A stretch of 64,000 bases of DNA from Alphaproteobacteria bacterium. GTDB lineage: Bacteria; Pseudomonadota; Alphaproteobacteria; Rickettsiales; SXRF01. Shown one piece after another: positions 47,392 through 57,891 of the stretch (positions are counted from its first letter, which is position 1; each line of letters starts with the position of its first letter). Below the pieces are notes generated by a model, which saw nothing but the letters and a program-made list of their open reading frames with translations, did not search any database and was not told the origin of the DNA. The DNA is taken from the NCBI GenBank assembly GCA_025362975.1, contig JANYES010000004.1, positions 78,390 through 142,389 on the forward strand, in the 5' to 3' direction. The position numbers and the translations under genes are program-made.

Positions 47392-48261
47392 TTAGCCTTC
47401 AACCTTGATCGTGCTGGTCATTTCTTCCATTTCGAGGAAGCTCGGCTGAAAATGCGAAGGAATCTGCGCGCGTCCCATCTCCATCGACACCTGCGGCGCG
47501 AGCCCTTTGAGATGCGCCACGAGCACGTCGCGGATGATGAAATAAAACTGCTGCTCTTCGGCGTGAATCGACAGATTGCGCAGCGCAATCGGACCCACCA
47601 CGCAATACGACATGAATACCCCAAGGAACGTTCCCACCAGCGCCCCGCCGATCATGGCGCCAAGAACCGCTGGTGGCTCGTTGATGCTCGCCATCGTTTT
47701 TACCACGCCCAGCACCGCCACCACGATGCCGATGGCCGGAAGGCCGTCTGACATGCCTTGCAGGCCGTGACCCGCGCCGGTGGACTCGTGATGGTGTTTT
47801 TCAAGCTGCTTATCGAGATTGTCTTCGATGGTGTTCGGATTTTCCATGCCCATCGTGAGCGTCCGCAACACGTCGCAGATCATGTCGATAGCAAAGTGAT
47901 CGTGGATGATGTGCGGATACTGGCTGAAGATCGAGCTTTCGCTCGGTTTTTCGATGTGTTTTTCCACCGAGATCATGCCCTTGGATTTCATCAGCTTGCA
48001 CAGCGTGAACATCAGGCACAGCAATTCGCGGTAATCCTTCTTTTTCCATTTCGGGCCTTTGAAGGTTTTGATAATCTCTTTGCAGGTCGCTTTCAACACG
48101 GTGGTGCTGTTAGCCACCATATACGCGCCGATGGCGCCGCCCATAAGCATTGGCATTTCGTGCGGGGCCGCTTCGAGAATGATCTCGATTTTGCCACCAG
48201 ACATCGCATAGATGCCGAAAATGATGACAATCGTGCCAAGAATACCAATAATGCCAATCAT
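47392..48261 (-). CDS. motA: Flagellar motor stator protein MotA
   Basis: 289 aa of the MotA/TolQ/ExbB family with a MotA-type N-terminus (MIGIIGILGTIVIIFGIYAMSGGK) and C-terminal TM pair. No motB adjacent. Confidence 0.85.
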   Translation of the reverse strand: MIGIIGILGTIVIIFGIYAMSGGKIEIILEAAPHEMPMLMGGAIGAYMVANSTTVLKATCKEIIKTFKGPKWKKKDYRELLCLMFTLCKLMKSKGMISVEKHIEKPSESSIFSQYPHIIHDHFAIDMICDVLRTLTMGMENPNTIEDNLDKQLEKHHHESTGAGHGLQGMSDGLPAIGIVVAVLGVVKTMASINEPPAVLGAMIGGALVGTFLGVFMSYCVVGPIALRNLSIHAEEQQFYFIIRDVLVAHLKGLAPQVSMEMGRAQIPSHFQPSFLEMEEMTSTIKVEG

Positions 48262-48310
48262 CGTGGGATTTCTGTTAGCTAGAGGATTCAGATGCTCTAG
48301 TTTTAACAGC

Positions 48311-48344
48311 TAAAAACAAAGAAAACGTTAAAAGTCGTAACGTT
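48311..48344 (-). terminator. Weak terminator-like hairpin at the dnaE stop
   Basis: Minus strand reads AACGTT-N9-AACGTT followed by TTCTTTGTTTTTA. The stem is only 6 AU-rich bp. Confidence 0.3.
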
Positions 48345-51300
48345 AGGCGGGCACTTCCTCCGCCGACACCACACCCTTAACCACCCTGATTTTATCAAGA
48401 ATAGTCGGCGAGAGCGTATACTTATCAGGAAGTTGCAATACCGCCCGCTCCGTCCCTAACTCAGCGTTCAGGGTAACTTTAGCCCCTTTGGGTCCTGGCG
48501 TCCCCAGCAATGTCCTGATATCGGCCAGTGCGTTCGGCTGGTTGATAGTAATGCGGAAGGCCGAAGCCTTGGAGCTTTGCTGCTGGTGCTTCACTAACGC
48601 GTCGTCGAACAGCGAAATCGTCTGCGCGATGTAGCGCCCGCCAGCGTCAGGGTCCATCTTGGCGTCGACCGACATCAGCAGGATTTTGCCGTTTTCAAGG
48701 ATATCGCGGCACCCACTGAGCAGTGTTTCGTCAAACACCGACACTTCAAAAATACCGCCCATGTCCGACATCTGGATAAACGCGAACCGGCCCTTGTCCG
48801 ATGATTTAAATTTCCTGCCGGTGACAATGCCCGCCACCTTGATAGTTTTAAAGCGACTATCGAGCTTTTCGGCAAACTGCGCCGACGATGTAACACGCAA
48901 GCCATCCAACGCCATCTTATAACCCTCAAGCGGATGTGAGGATAAATAGAACCCGATGGCAGAAAACTCGTTTTCCAGCCGCTCAAGGCTCGTCCAGTCC
49001 GCAACATCAGCCATCTTAGGCTTGGGAATTACCGCGCCGCCACCGCCGAACAGGCTGACCTGCTGGCTTTCCTTGTCGCGCTGGGCGGAAGCGCCGTCGG
49101 CCATAACCATGTCAATATGGCTCATCAGCTGGTTGCGGTTGGGATGCATGGAATCGAACGCGCCCGCTTTGATCAAATGCTCCAGCGCCCGGCGGTTGAG
49201 CGATTCAGTGGGCACGCGCGTGGCGAAATCGAAAACATCCTTATACGGCCCGTGCGCCTTGCGCTCCTGCACCACCGCATCCATCGCCTGCGCGCCGACG
49301 TTGCGGATAGCGGCGAGCGCATAGCGGATGGCCAGTTTCGGCTGCGTGGTGGTGCCTGTTTTTTCCACGGAGAATTTCACCTCGGATCTGTTGACATCCG
49401 GCGGCAGCAGCGGCACATCCGAATGAATCGCTTCCTCACGGAAAATACCGAGCTTGTCGGTGTTGTGCATGTCGAGCGTCATCGAGGAGGCGATGAATTC
49501 CACCGGATAATTCGCCTTCAAAAACGCCGTTTGATAGGCTATCAAAGCATACGCCGCCGCGTGCGATTTGTTGAAGCCGTACTCAGCAAACTTAGCAATC
49601 AAATCAAAAATCGTGGCCGCCTGTTTTTTCTCGACGCCGCGCTCGACGGATTTTTCCACGAAAATATCGCGCTGCGCTTCCATTTCCGCTTTGATTTTTT
49701 TACCCATCGCGCGGCGCAGTAAATCGGCTTCGCCGAGCGAATAACCAGCTAAAAGCTGGGCGATCTGCATTACCTGTTCCTGGTAAATGATAACGCCGAA
49801 GGTTTCTTTCAGCACCTGCTCCATCGTAGGATGCAGGTATTGCACGTCTTCCAGCCCGTGCTTGCGCGCGATATAAGTCGGGATGTTATCCATCGGGCCA
49901 GGGCGATACAGCGACACTAGCGCGATAATATCTTCCAGCGTATCGGGTTTGAGCTTTTTAAGCGTATCGCGCATGCCCGCCGACTCAAGCTGGAACACAC
50001 CGACGGTGTCACCGCGGCTGAGCATTTCGTAGGTCGGCTTGTCGCCCTCAGGAAGCGCCAGCAGGTCGATGGTGATACCGCGCAGTTTCAGCAATTCAAG
50101 CGCGCCCACTAAAACAGTAAGTGTTTTCAGGCCCAGGAAGTCGAACTTGACCAGCCCCGCGCTTTCGGCGTATTTCATCGAATACTGCACCACCGGCATA
50201 TCCGATTTCGGGTCACGGTACAGCGGAACCAGCTCGTCCAACGGCCTGTCGCCGATCACCACGCCCGCCGCATGCGTCGACGCGTTGCGGTTCAGGCCTT
50301 CGAGCTTCAGGCTGATATTCACCAGCTTTTGGACGGTTTCGTCGTCTTCAATCGCCATTTTGAGCATCGGCTCGAGGTCGATGGCTTCGGCGAGCGTGCA
50401 CGGTTGTGCCGGGTTATTCGGCACCATCTTACAAATTTTATCCACCTGCCCATACGGCATCTGCAACACGCGGCCCACGTCGCGCAGCACCGCGCGCGCC
50501 TGCAATCGGCCGAAGGTAATGATCTGCGCCACGCGGTCCTGCCCGTAGCGCTTCTGTACATAGCGGATGGTTTCTTCGCGACGGTCCTGACAGAAATCTA
50601 CGTCAAAGTCAGGCATCGACACGCGGTGCGGGTTTAAGAAACGCTCGAAAAGCAGGCCATATCGCAGCGGGTCCAAATCGGTAATCAGCAGCGACCATGC
50701 CACCACCGAACCCGCGCCCGAACCGCGACCCGGGCCCACCGGAATCCCCTGGTCCTTCGACCATTTGATAAAGTCCGAGACGATCAGGAAATAACCCGGA
50801 AATTTCATTTTGATGATGGTCAACAACTCGAATTCGAGGCGCTCGAAATATTCTTTGCGCTTAGCTTCTTTTTCATCTGCGCTCATCGCGTCGGTGTATA
50901 CGTAGCACTCAAGACGCATTTTCAGGCCTTCGGTGGCCTGCAGGCGCAGCGCTTCGTCTTCGCTCATGTCGCCTTCGGTGAAGTGCGGCAGGATTGGCGC
51001 TTTCGATGTCGCGACGAAACTGCAGCGCTTCGCGATTGCCGCCGTATTGGCGATGGCTTCCGGGATATCTTTGAACAATTCCGCCATTTCTTCCGGCGTT
51101 TTGAGGCGATGCTCCGGCGTCAGCTGCCTGCGGCTGCTATCGGTGACATAGGTGCCCTCGGCGATGCATAAAAATGCGTCATGCGCTTCGAACATGTCAG
51201 GCTTCACGAAATAGGCGTCGTTCGTCGCCACCAGCGGCAAATTATGTTTATACGCAAGCGCCACGCTGCGGGCTTCGATCAACTTTTCGGTGGGTAATCC

Positions 51301-51840
51301 ATGCCGCATCAACTCAACATAGAGCCGCTCCGGGAACAGCGCTTTGAGTTCCAACAAAAGTTCCTCGGCAAGCGTATCCTGCCCGCCGATCAGCGCCTTG
51401 CCGACGCCGCCAAGTATGCCGCCGGTCAGCGCGATAATCCCGTCGCTGCGGCCTTCGAAATCTTTCAGCATCATTACCGGCGCTTCGCCGCCCGTCGGCG
51501 CGAGATAGGATTTGCTGACAAGGTGCAGCATGTTGTGCCAGCCTTTATCCGTCTGCGCTATGATCAGCAACTGGTCGGGCTTCACGAGGTTGACGTTACG
51601 TGCCTGCTCCGCCTGATGCGGTTTCAGATACACCACACAACCGATTAGCGGCTGCACGCCGCTATCCATCGCCGCGAGCGAAAACTCAAGCGAGCCGAAC
51701 AGATTCCCATGATCGGCAATACCAATCGCAGGCACCGAATGCGACTTCGCCCATTTGACCATTTCCTTCACAGGAATGGCGCCTTCCAGCAGCGAATAAG
51801 CGCTGTGCACGCGCAGGTGAATAAATGGAATTTGTGTCAT
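48343..51840 (-). CDS. dnaE: DNA polymerase III subunit alpha
   Basis: 1165 aa with a PHP domain start (FIHLRVHSAYSLLEGA), polymerase core (GPGRGSGAGS, FDFLGLKTL) and an OB-fold C-terminus. Confidence 0.95.
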   Translation of the reverse strand: MTQIPFIHLRVHSAYSLLEGAIPVKEMVKWAKSHSVPAIGIADHGNLFGSLEFSLAAMDSGVQPLIGCVVYLKPHQAEQARNVNLVKPDQLLIIAQTDKGWHNMLHLVSKSYLAPTGGEAPVMMLKDFEGRSDGIIALTGGILGGVGKALIGGQDTLAEELLLELKALFPERLYVELMRHGLPTEKLIEARSVALAYKHNLPLVATNDAYFVKPDMFEAHDAFLCIAEGTYVTDSSRRQLTPEHRLKTPEEMAELFKDIPEAIANTAAIAKRCSFVATSKAPILPHFTEGDMSEDEALRLQATEGLKMRLECYVYTDAMSADEKEAKRKEYFERLEFELLTIIKMKFPGYFLIVSDFIKWSKDQGIPVGPGRGSGAGSVVAWSLLITDLDPLRYGLLFERFLNPHRVSMPDFDVDFCQDRREETIRYVQKRYGQDRVAQIITFGRLQARAVLRDVGRVLQMPYGQVDKICKMVPNNPAQPCTLAEAIDLEPMLKMAIEDDETVQKLVNISLKLEGLNRNASTHAAGVVIGDRPLDELVPLYRDPKSDMPVVQYSMKYAESAGLVKFDFLGLKTLTVLVGALELLKLRGITIDLLALPEGDKPTYEMLSRGDTVGVFQLESAGMRDTLKKLKPDTLEDIIALVSLYRPGPMDNIPTYIARKHGLEDVQYLHPTMEQVLKETFGVIIYQEQVMQIAQLLAGYSLGEADLLRRAMGKKIKAEMEAQRDIFVEKSVERGVEKKQAATIFDLIAKFAEYGFNKSHAAAYALIAYQTAFLKANYPVEFIASSMTLDMHNTDKLGIFREEAIHSDVPLLPPDVNRSEVKFSVEKTGTTTQPKLAIRYALAAIRNVGAQAMDAVVQERKAHGPYKDVFDFATRVPTESLNRRALEHLIKAGAFDSMHPNRNQLMSHIDMVMADGASAQRDKESQQVSLFGGGGAVIPKPKMADVADWTSLERLENEFSAIGFYLSSHPLEGYKMALDGLRVTSSAQFAEKLDSRFKTIKVAGIVTGRKFKSSDKGRFAFIQMSDMGGIFEVSVFDETLLSGCRDILENGKILLMSVDAKMDPDAGGRYIAQTISLFDDALVKHQQQSSKASAFRITINQPNALADIRTLLGTPGPKGAKVTLNAELGTERAVLQLPDKYTLSPTILDKIRVVKGVVSAEEVPA

Positions 51841-51929
51841 GCCTCAATCATAGACACATAAATTCACGTGATCAACCATTGTTAAAAAGTCTTCTATTGC
51901 AACAAACACGTTTGCCGGTTTGATGCGTC

Positions 51930-52586
51930 CTACAGACGCACGATGCGGTCCATCCGGCCAGCCAGTACGAGGTTATGCGTGGCCACCAGCATGCCCGCAT
52001 TCTTCTCACGCGAAACCTGCATCAGCATATCGAACACCGTCTGCGACGTGGTGACGTCAAGATTGCCGGTCGGCTCGTCGGCCAGCAATAACGCCGGTTC
52101 ATTGGCCAGTGCGCGCGCAATCGCCACGCGCTGCTGTTCGCCGCCTGAAAGTGCGGCCGGGCGATGGTGCAACCGCTCGCGAAGGCCGAGGCTACCCAGC
52201 AATTCCGCGCCTTTTTCCTGCGCCATTTTCTGCGACACGCCCGCAATCATCTGCGGCAACGCCACGTTTTCTACGGCGGAAAACTCCGGCAGTAAATGAT
52301 GAAACTGATAAATAAACCCGATATGCCTGCGCCGCGCCATCGTGCGCTTGTCGTCACCTGCGCCAGTCATGTTTTCGCCGCTGATCCACACCTGCCCCGC
52401 ATCCGGATTATCGAGCAGACCCGCGATTTGCAGCAACGTCGATTTCCCCGAACCGCTCGGGCCGACCAGCGCCACGACTTCGCCGCGCTTCACCTCAAGG
52501 TTCAGATTGTCCAACACGCTGAGCACACGTCCGCCCTGCTCATATTTGCGCACCACGCTATTGAACATCAGCGCCGCATCACTCAT
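51930..52586 (-). CDS. lolD: Lipoprotein-releasing ABC transporter ATP-binding protein
   Basis: Walker A GPSGSGKST, signature LSGGEQQRVAIARAL and Walker B LLLADEPTG. Start MSDAALMF overlaps the lolC/E stop. Confidence 0.88.
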   Translation of the reverse strand: MSDAALMFNSVVRKYEQGGRVLSVLDNLNLEVKRGEVVALVGPSGSGKSTLLQIAGLLDNPDAGQVWISGENMTGAGDDKRTMARRRHIGFIYQFHHLLPEFSAVENVALPQMIAGVSQKMAQEKGAELLGSLGLRERLHHRPAALSGGEQQRVAIARALANEPALLLADEPTGNLDVTTSQTVFDMLMQVSREKNAGMLVATHNLVLAGRMDRIVRL

Positions 52587-53835
52587 AACGCAACGCCTCC
52601 GCCGGGTCGAGTTTCGCCGCGCGGCGCGCCGGGTAAATCGTCGCAAGGAACGATAACGCCAACGCCAGCACCGACACCGTAATCACCTCGCCGCCATCGA
52701 CTTTCGACGGCAGGTGCGACAGGAAATATAGCTCCTCGTTAAACAGCCTGTGACCCATCATCGACTCCAGCCAGAGCTGGATATTTTCCGTGTTGAACGC
52801 AATCAGCAACCCGAGCAACACGCCCACCACCGTACCGATAACGCCGACGCACGAGCCGCAGATCATGAAAATCCGCATAACCGAACCCCTGCTCGCGCCC
52901 ATCGTGCGCAAAATCGCCACGTCGCGGCCCTTTTCACGGACCAGCATGATCAGGCTGGAAATAATATTGAACGACGCCACAATAATAATCAGCATCAGGA
53001 TTAGGAACATCACGTTGCGCTGCACGATCACCGCCTGAAAAATCCCGCTATTGGAGCTTTTCCAGTCATACACGCGCCAGCCCACGCCAAGCTTATTCAC
53101 CACCGCGCCCGCCACCTGCCCCGCCTGATCGGGGTCATTGGTCATCACCTCAATGGAACTGGCCATATCGGCGCCGTTGTCGCGCAGTTTGAAATACAGC
53201 TGCGCCTCGTCGAACGGCAGCAGCACCAGCCCATTATCATATGCAAACATGCCGATCGAGAAAATCCCGACCACCTTATACGCCTTCACACGCGGCACCA
53301 TGCCCGCCACCGTCGCTCGGCCCTCCGGCGAAATCAGCGTCAAATCCTGCCCGATACTAAGCCCGAATTTCTCCGCCATGCGCTTGCCGATAATCACGCC
53401 CTCACCGCGCTCGAACGCGCCGATATCGCCTTCGGTGATGCGTTTTACCAGCAAATACTTGTGCTGCAAATCGTTGTAACGATAGCCCGAAACCATCGCG
53501 CCCGTCGCCTGCCCGTGGAACGTGGCCATGATCTGACCTTCAATTTTTGGCACCGCGCTTTTCACGCCCGGCACCGCCATAATCGCATCGCTCACCGCCT
53601 GATAATCCGAAATCCCGCGCGAATTCGAATACACGCTGACATGGCCCTCTAGACCTACGATGCTCTTAATCATCTCCCCGCGCACACCGTTCATCACTGC
53701 CAGCACAACAATCAGCGTCGCCACGCCAAGGGCAATCCCGATCAGCGAAAACAACGCGATAACAGAAATAAGCCCCTCCTCGCGGCGAGCGCGCAGGTAG
53801 CGGAATGCAACTAATCGTTCAAAGGGTGAGAGCAT
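52579..53835 (-). CDS. lolC: Lipoprotein-releasing system transmembrane subunit LolC/E
   Basis: 418 aa with MacB-like periplasmic and FtsX domains (FERLVAFRYLRARR...). Confidence 0.88.
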   Translation of the reverse strand: MLSPFERLVAFRYLRARREEGLISVIALFSLIGIALGVATLIVVLAVMNGVRGEMIKSIVGLEGHVSVYSNSRGISDYQAVSDAIMAVPGVKSAVPKIEGQIMATFHGQATGAMVSGYRYNDLQHKYLLVKRITEGDIGAFERGEGVIIGKRMAEKFGLSIGQDLTLISPEGRATVAGMVPRVKAYKVVGIFSIGMFAYDNGLVLLPFDEAQLYFKLRDNGADMASSIEVMTNDPDQAGQVAGAVVNKLGVGWRVYDWKSSNSGIFQAVIVQRNVMFLILMLIIIVASFNIISSLIMLVREKGRDVAILRTMGASRGSVMRIFMICGSCVGVIGTVVGVLLGLLIAFNTENIQLWLESMMGHRLFNEELYFLSHLPSKVDGGEVITVSVLALALSFLATIYPARRAAKLDPAEALRYE

Positions 53836-53898
53836 GTTCAGCCGTGTTGTTTACGCCACGCAATCTATACGTTATCATGCATGCAGGAAAGATGATTT

Positions 53899-54729
53899 AT
53901 GCATATTTTGGGTATTTTACTGACCATAGTCCTGATGCTGCCCAGCAACGCCCTTGCGGTGGACGTACCCGTCATCCACGGCAAATGCGCCGATACGGTG
54001 ATGTACCCCGATGCCGTGGTGAGCCTGATCAACCAATGCTTTGCAACGGATCGCTATAACGATTGCCTCAGTACCAACGGTAAAATCCCGCCGCGTTGCC
54101 CGGATATCTGCAAAAAAGCCATCAATGCTGAGCAGCCCTACGGCACTAAAATCGACCAGCTCTATAAGCACGGCGGCGGTTGGCTTTTGATGTTCAGCAA
54201 GGGCAAGCAGTTCGGCAAAGTCGTAGGCTATTCCAATGCGCACTGCAACAAAGAGCCCGTAGTGCCCAAATGCTACGCGCTGCCCATCTGCTACGGCGGC
54301 ATATGGAACATCATGCATTACGATGTACCCCCACAAATCAACGCCCCAGACCCGGCGTTATCGCCCGCGCCCAAGGAAGAATCCCGCGCCAACGGCCACG
54401 AATACGACCAGAAACCCGAATGTTATCAGGAAATCATTTTCCCCAAAGGCGTGGTCGACATGCTGCAAAAATGCAAAGCTACCGGCAAATCCTATAATTG
54501 CGGCGGCGCCGGCCCTTGCCCCGAAATCTGCAAACTGGCGCTGAGCGCACAAAGCGACGAGATGAAACGCGCCGGTGATTTTTATAACAGTTACGACGGC
54601 GGCAGCCTGATGCCGTTTACGCGCGGTAATGATTTCGGCATGTATGTCGAGCATCCTTACGCTACACCGCAATGCCCAACGGCTGCGGCGGTGCCGGACT
54701 GCAAAAAGTCGATCTGCAATACCTTCTGA
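53899..54729 (+). CDS. Secreted Cys-rich protein made of two homologous 8-Cys modules
   Basis: Signal peptide MHILGILLTIVLMLPSNALA. Module 1 (C..MYPDAVVSLINQC...YNDC...RCPDICKKA...C...C...C) aligns with module 2 (C..IFPKGVVDMLQKC...YNC...PCPEICKLA...C...C...C). Confidence 0.6.
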   Translation: MHILGILLTIVLMLPSNALAVDVPVIHGKCADTVMYPDAVVSLINQCFATDRYNDCLSTNGKIPPRCPDICKKAINAEQPYGTKIDQLYKHGGGWLLMFSKGKQFGKVVGYSNAHCNKEPVVPKCYALPICYGGIWNIMHYDVPPQINAPDPALSPAPKEESRANGHEYDQKPECYQEIIFPKGVVDMLQKCKATGKSYNCGGAGPCPEICKLALSAQSDEMKRAGDFYNSYDGGSLMPFTRGNDFGMYVEHPYATPQCPTAAAVPDCKKSICNTF

Positions 54730-56037
54730 TTAAAGCGCGGCCATACCCGCTTTCGGCGGAACGACTTTGCTAAGCGCTTCGTCCATGCCGATTTCGTGTT
54801 TCTCGCCGGTCTTGCGGTTTTTCATTTCTACCACGCCTTTTTCAGCACCCTTAGGGCCGATGATAATCTGCCACGGCAGGCCGATCAGATCCATCGAGGC
54901 AAATTTCCCGCCCGCACGCTCATCGGTGTCGTCATAGAGCACGCTTACACCGGCAGCCTGCAATTTGCCGTACAACGTGCTGCACATCTCATCGCATTTC
55001 GCATCGCCCACACGCAGGTTGATCAACCCCACTTTGAATGGTGCGACCGATTCCGGCCAGATGATGCCGTTATCGTCATGACTCGCTTCGATAATAGCAC
55101 CCACAAGGCGGGAAACGCCTACGCCGTAGCAGCCCATTTCAAGCGTTACCTGTTCGCCGTTCGCCGCAGGCAGCGTGGCTTTCAGGGCTTTGGAATATTT
55201 GGTGCCGAGGTAGAAGATATGACCCACCTCGATGCCGCGTGCTTCGCGCAAACGGTCCGGGGCGATGGCATTCGGATCGTGCTTTTCATCGGCGGCGGCA
55301 TAAAGCTGGCGCATTTCCTCTGTTGTCATTTTGACTTTGCCATCACGGATATCGTCGAAGGCTTTATCGTAATACACCGCGCTTTCACCTGTCTCGGCGA
55401 CCACGTGGAATTCGTGGCTCAGATCGCCACCGATAGCGCCAGAATCGGCGCGCACCGGAACAGCCGTCAGCCCCATGCGGGCGAACATGTTTAAGTACGT
55501 ATCATACATTTTGTTGTAGGTTTTCTTCGCAGCTTCGTAATCCATATCGAACGAATATGAATCCTTCATCAGGAATTCGCGGCCACGCATCACCCCAAAA
55601 CGCGGACGCACTTCGTCGCGGAATTTCCACTGGATCTGGTACAGATTTTTGCCCGCGTCGCGGTAGCTTTTGAAGTTGTTGCGCACGATATCGGTGATTA
55701 CTTCCTCACAGGTCGGGCTGTACAGCAGCTCGCGCTCGGCGCGGTCCGGGAAACGGAGCATTTCCTTGCCCAACGCATCGTAACGGCCCGATTCTTTCCA
55801 CAGTTCGGTCGGCTGCAACGTCGGCATCAATACTTCGAGCGCACCGGCTTTGTTCATCTCATCGCGGATAATGTTTTCGATATTGCGCAGTACCATCAAA
55901 CCCAGCGGCAACCAGTTATAAATACCCGCCGCGAGCTGGCGCACCATACCGGCGCGCAGCATAAGACGATGCGAAGCGATCTGCGCTTCTGACGGAGTTT
56001 CTTTAATCAGGGGCAGGAAAAATTGTGAAAGGCGCAT
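54730..56037 (-). CDS. proS: Proline--tRNA ligase (short alphaproteobacterial type)
   Basis: Start [31 protein letters not shown]. Class II motifs present and no large INS domain. Confidence 0.92.
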   Translation of the reverse strand: MRLSQFFLPLIKETPSEAQIASHRLMLRAGMVRQLAAGIYNWLPLGLMVLRNIENIIRDEMNKAGALEVLMPTLQPTELWKESGRYDALGKEMLRFPDRAERELLYSPTCEEVITDIVRNNFKSYRDAGKNLYQIQWKFRDEVRPRFGVMRGREFLMKDSYSFDMDYEAAKKTYNKMYDTYLNMFARMGLTAVPVRADSGAIGGDLSHEFHVVAETGESAVYYDKAFDDIRDGKVKMTTEEMRQLYAAADEKHDPNAIAPDRLREARGIEVGHIFYLGTKYSKALKATLPAANGEQVTLEMGCYGVGVSRLVGAIIEASHDDNGIIWPESVAPFKVGLINLRVGDAKCDEMCSTLYGKLQAAGVSVLYDDTDERAGGKFASMDLIGLPWQIIIGPKGAEKGVVEMKNRKTGEKHEIGMDEALSKVVPPKAGMAAL

Positions 56038-56068
56038 ATACAACCAAATTAAAATTACATTACACATT

Positions 56069-56118
56069 GTCACCCCGCTGAATAGCCGGGTCCGGACCCC
56101 ATCATGCGACGGGGTGAC
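56069..56118. repeat. Short palindromic unit related to the hairpin at 12349-12372
   Basis: GTCACCCCG...(GGGTCCGGACCC perfect 12-bp palindrome)...CGGGGTGAC. Its reverse complement shares GTCACCCCGTCGCATGA with 12350-12366. Confidence 0.5.
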
Positions 56119-56130
56119 ACTAACGGAAAC

Positions 56131-57651
56131 TTACCAACTGTACCTCACCTTGTAATGCACTACCGATTCTTTTTCCGGCTCAACATCGACAACGAAATTG
56201 ACTTGATGGGCATCGGTTTTCTTAAACGCGGGCTTGGAATCGAGAATCTCCCAATTCACCGCGCGGTACAAATTCTCGACGACTTTAACCTTCACCGCCT
56301 GCTTCTTTTGGTTGCGGATTTTGATCTCGATATCTTCCTCAGCGAAGTGCTTGTTGATGTCTACCTTGTAATCCACCTGCTTTCGCTCGCCGACCACGTC
56401 AAACGCACTACCCAGCTTAATGACAACATTTTCGTTGCGCGGCGTATGATCGATCACGCTTTCGCCGATGAATTCCTGCGCACCATCCTCGTCGCGCTGA
56501 TTAACGCGAATGCGCCCCGCCGGTAGCGGCACGCCAAGGCCGATGTCTTTTTTGTTTTCGAGCTTCAGGAACACGTCAACTTTTTTCGAGCCGGTATCCA
56601 CGCCGTAATTCCTATCGGTGTAAATATTCCCGGCATAATACGGCGTCACCTGTCCGTTATACACCAACTCTTTTTCAACCGGCACACCCGCAACCGCAGG
56701 AATCAGCTCCATCTGCTTGGTCGAGTTGTCAGGCAGGGTGACAGGGCGGGACAGCGTATACATATGGTATTCGAAAAACGCTTTTTCCGCGAATGATGGC
56801 GCCACGGGCGGGGCCATCTCCATCGCATCCATGCGCATCGCCTTGGCCATCACCGCACCCTGCGCTTGCGGCGCGCGCTCGACGTCACCTGCGATCAGTT
56901 TCAGCTTGGCGTCTTTGAACGTAGCCCCGGTCTGGTTGATGATCGACACCCACGAGGTAAAATCGACCGTGCCGGTGTTGGCATCTTTGCCGTCGCGATA
57001 GGTCAGATTGTAATCCGCCCACCACGTAATGCCCTGCGTCTCATACGACACTTCGGCTTTTTGCTCGCCCACCTTGCCGGTAATAATATCCCACACCAGC
57101 GTTGGCTTGGTTATCAACCCGCCCGGCAATTCCGGGAAATTGATGCTGTTATAACCGTTGATGGCTTTGATCGAACCATCGGCGGCTTTCAGAGTCAGCC
57201 CGCCTTGCGAGCTAAGCAATGTACCTTTGACCATTTCGGTTTTATCGCCGTTTTGCTTCTCCAGCGTGATGTCTTTATCGATATATTTCTCGATCAGCTT
57301 TTGCTGGCTGACTAGGTCGAACTGGTAATTCTGCTCCACTACTTTCGTACCAGCGGGATCGGTGATCGATTTGAATTGTACGGTCGTGGGATCGATCAGC
57401 CCTGCAACGTCAGAGAATTTCACTACGGATTCCTTCTGCGGCAGGGTAATGCCGCGCTGCTGGCGCACGATGGCATACCCCGGAACGTTCGTGCCGATAT
57501 ATCCGGCTTGACCGTCGCGCGGACGGTAGTTGCTGGGGTCCACGGAGCCGGGCGCCATCTTGCTGTAGATCGTTATGGCGGTCTCTTCATCCCCTGCAAA
57601 TGCAGGCATGGCAAAGGCAGATATCATCAGCATCAAGCATAGTTTTTTCAT
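56131..57651 (-). CDS. Secreted protein, DUF4139-like
   Basis: Signal peptide MKKLCLMLMISAFAMPAFA. The size of about 500 aa and beta-rich repetitive layout resemble DUF4139 proteins. From memory only. Confidence 0.5.
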   Translation of the reverse strand: MKKLCLMLMISAFAMPAFAGDEETAITIYSKMAPGSVDPSNYRPRDGQAGYIGTNVPGYAIVRQQRGITLPQKESVVKFSDVAGLIDPTTVQFKSITDPAGTKVVEQNYQFDLVSQQKLIEKYIDKDITLEKQNGDKTEMVKGTLLSSQGGLTLKAADGSIKAINGYNSINFPELPGGLITKPTLVWDIITGKVGEQKAEVSYETQGITWWADYNLTYRDGKDANTGTVDFTSWVSIINQTGATFKDAKLKLIAGDVERAPQAQGAVMAKAMRMDAMEMAPPVAPSFAEKAFFEYHMYTLSRPVTLPDNSTKQMELIPAVAGVPVEKELVYNGQVTPYYAGNIYTDRNYGVDTGSKKVDVFLKLENKKDIGLGVPLPAGRIRVNQRDEDGAQEFIGESVIDHTPRNENVVIKLGSAFDVVGERKQVDYKVDINKHFAEEDIEIKIRNQKKQAVKVKVVENLYRAVNWEILDSKPAFKKTDAHQVNFVVDVEPEKESVVHYKVRYSW

Positions 57652-57654
57652 ACA

Positions 57655-57891
57655 TCACTCCATGTGTTTCAGCGACACCGCGCCGTTGGCAATCATCACT
57701 GCGATGATGGCAGTCACCACCACGCTCACCAGCGAATTAATCAGCACCACTTTCTTCCAGCGCCGCGCTTTCGGTGCCGCTACATAGCCAACGCCCTTGT
57801 CCGCGTCCGCCCTCACCCCGAACGGCAACACGAAAAACAGCGTCACCCACCACACGTTGATGAAAGTAAAAATGGCGAAGGAAACGGACAT
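57655..57891 (-). CDS. DUF1467-family small membrane protein
   Basis: MSVSFAIFTFINVWWVTLFFVLPFGVR... is the characteristic DUF1467 N-terminus. It follows mce, as in many alphaproteobacteria. Confidence 0.7.
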   Translation of the reverse strand: MSVSFAIFTFINVWWVTLFFVLPFGVRADADKGVGYVAAPKARRWKKVVLINSLVSVVVTAIIAVMIANGAVSLKHME

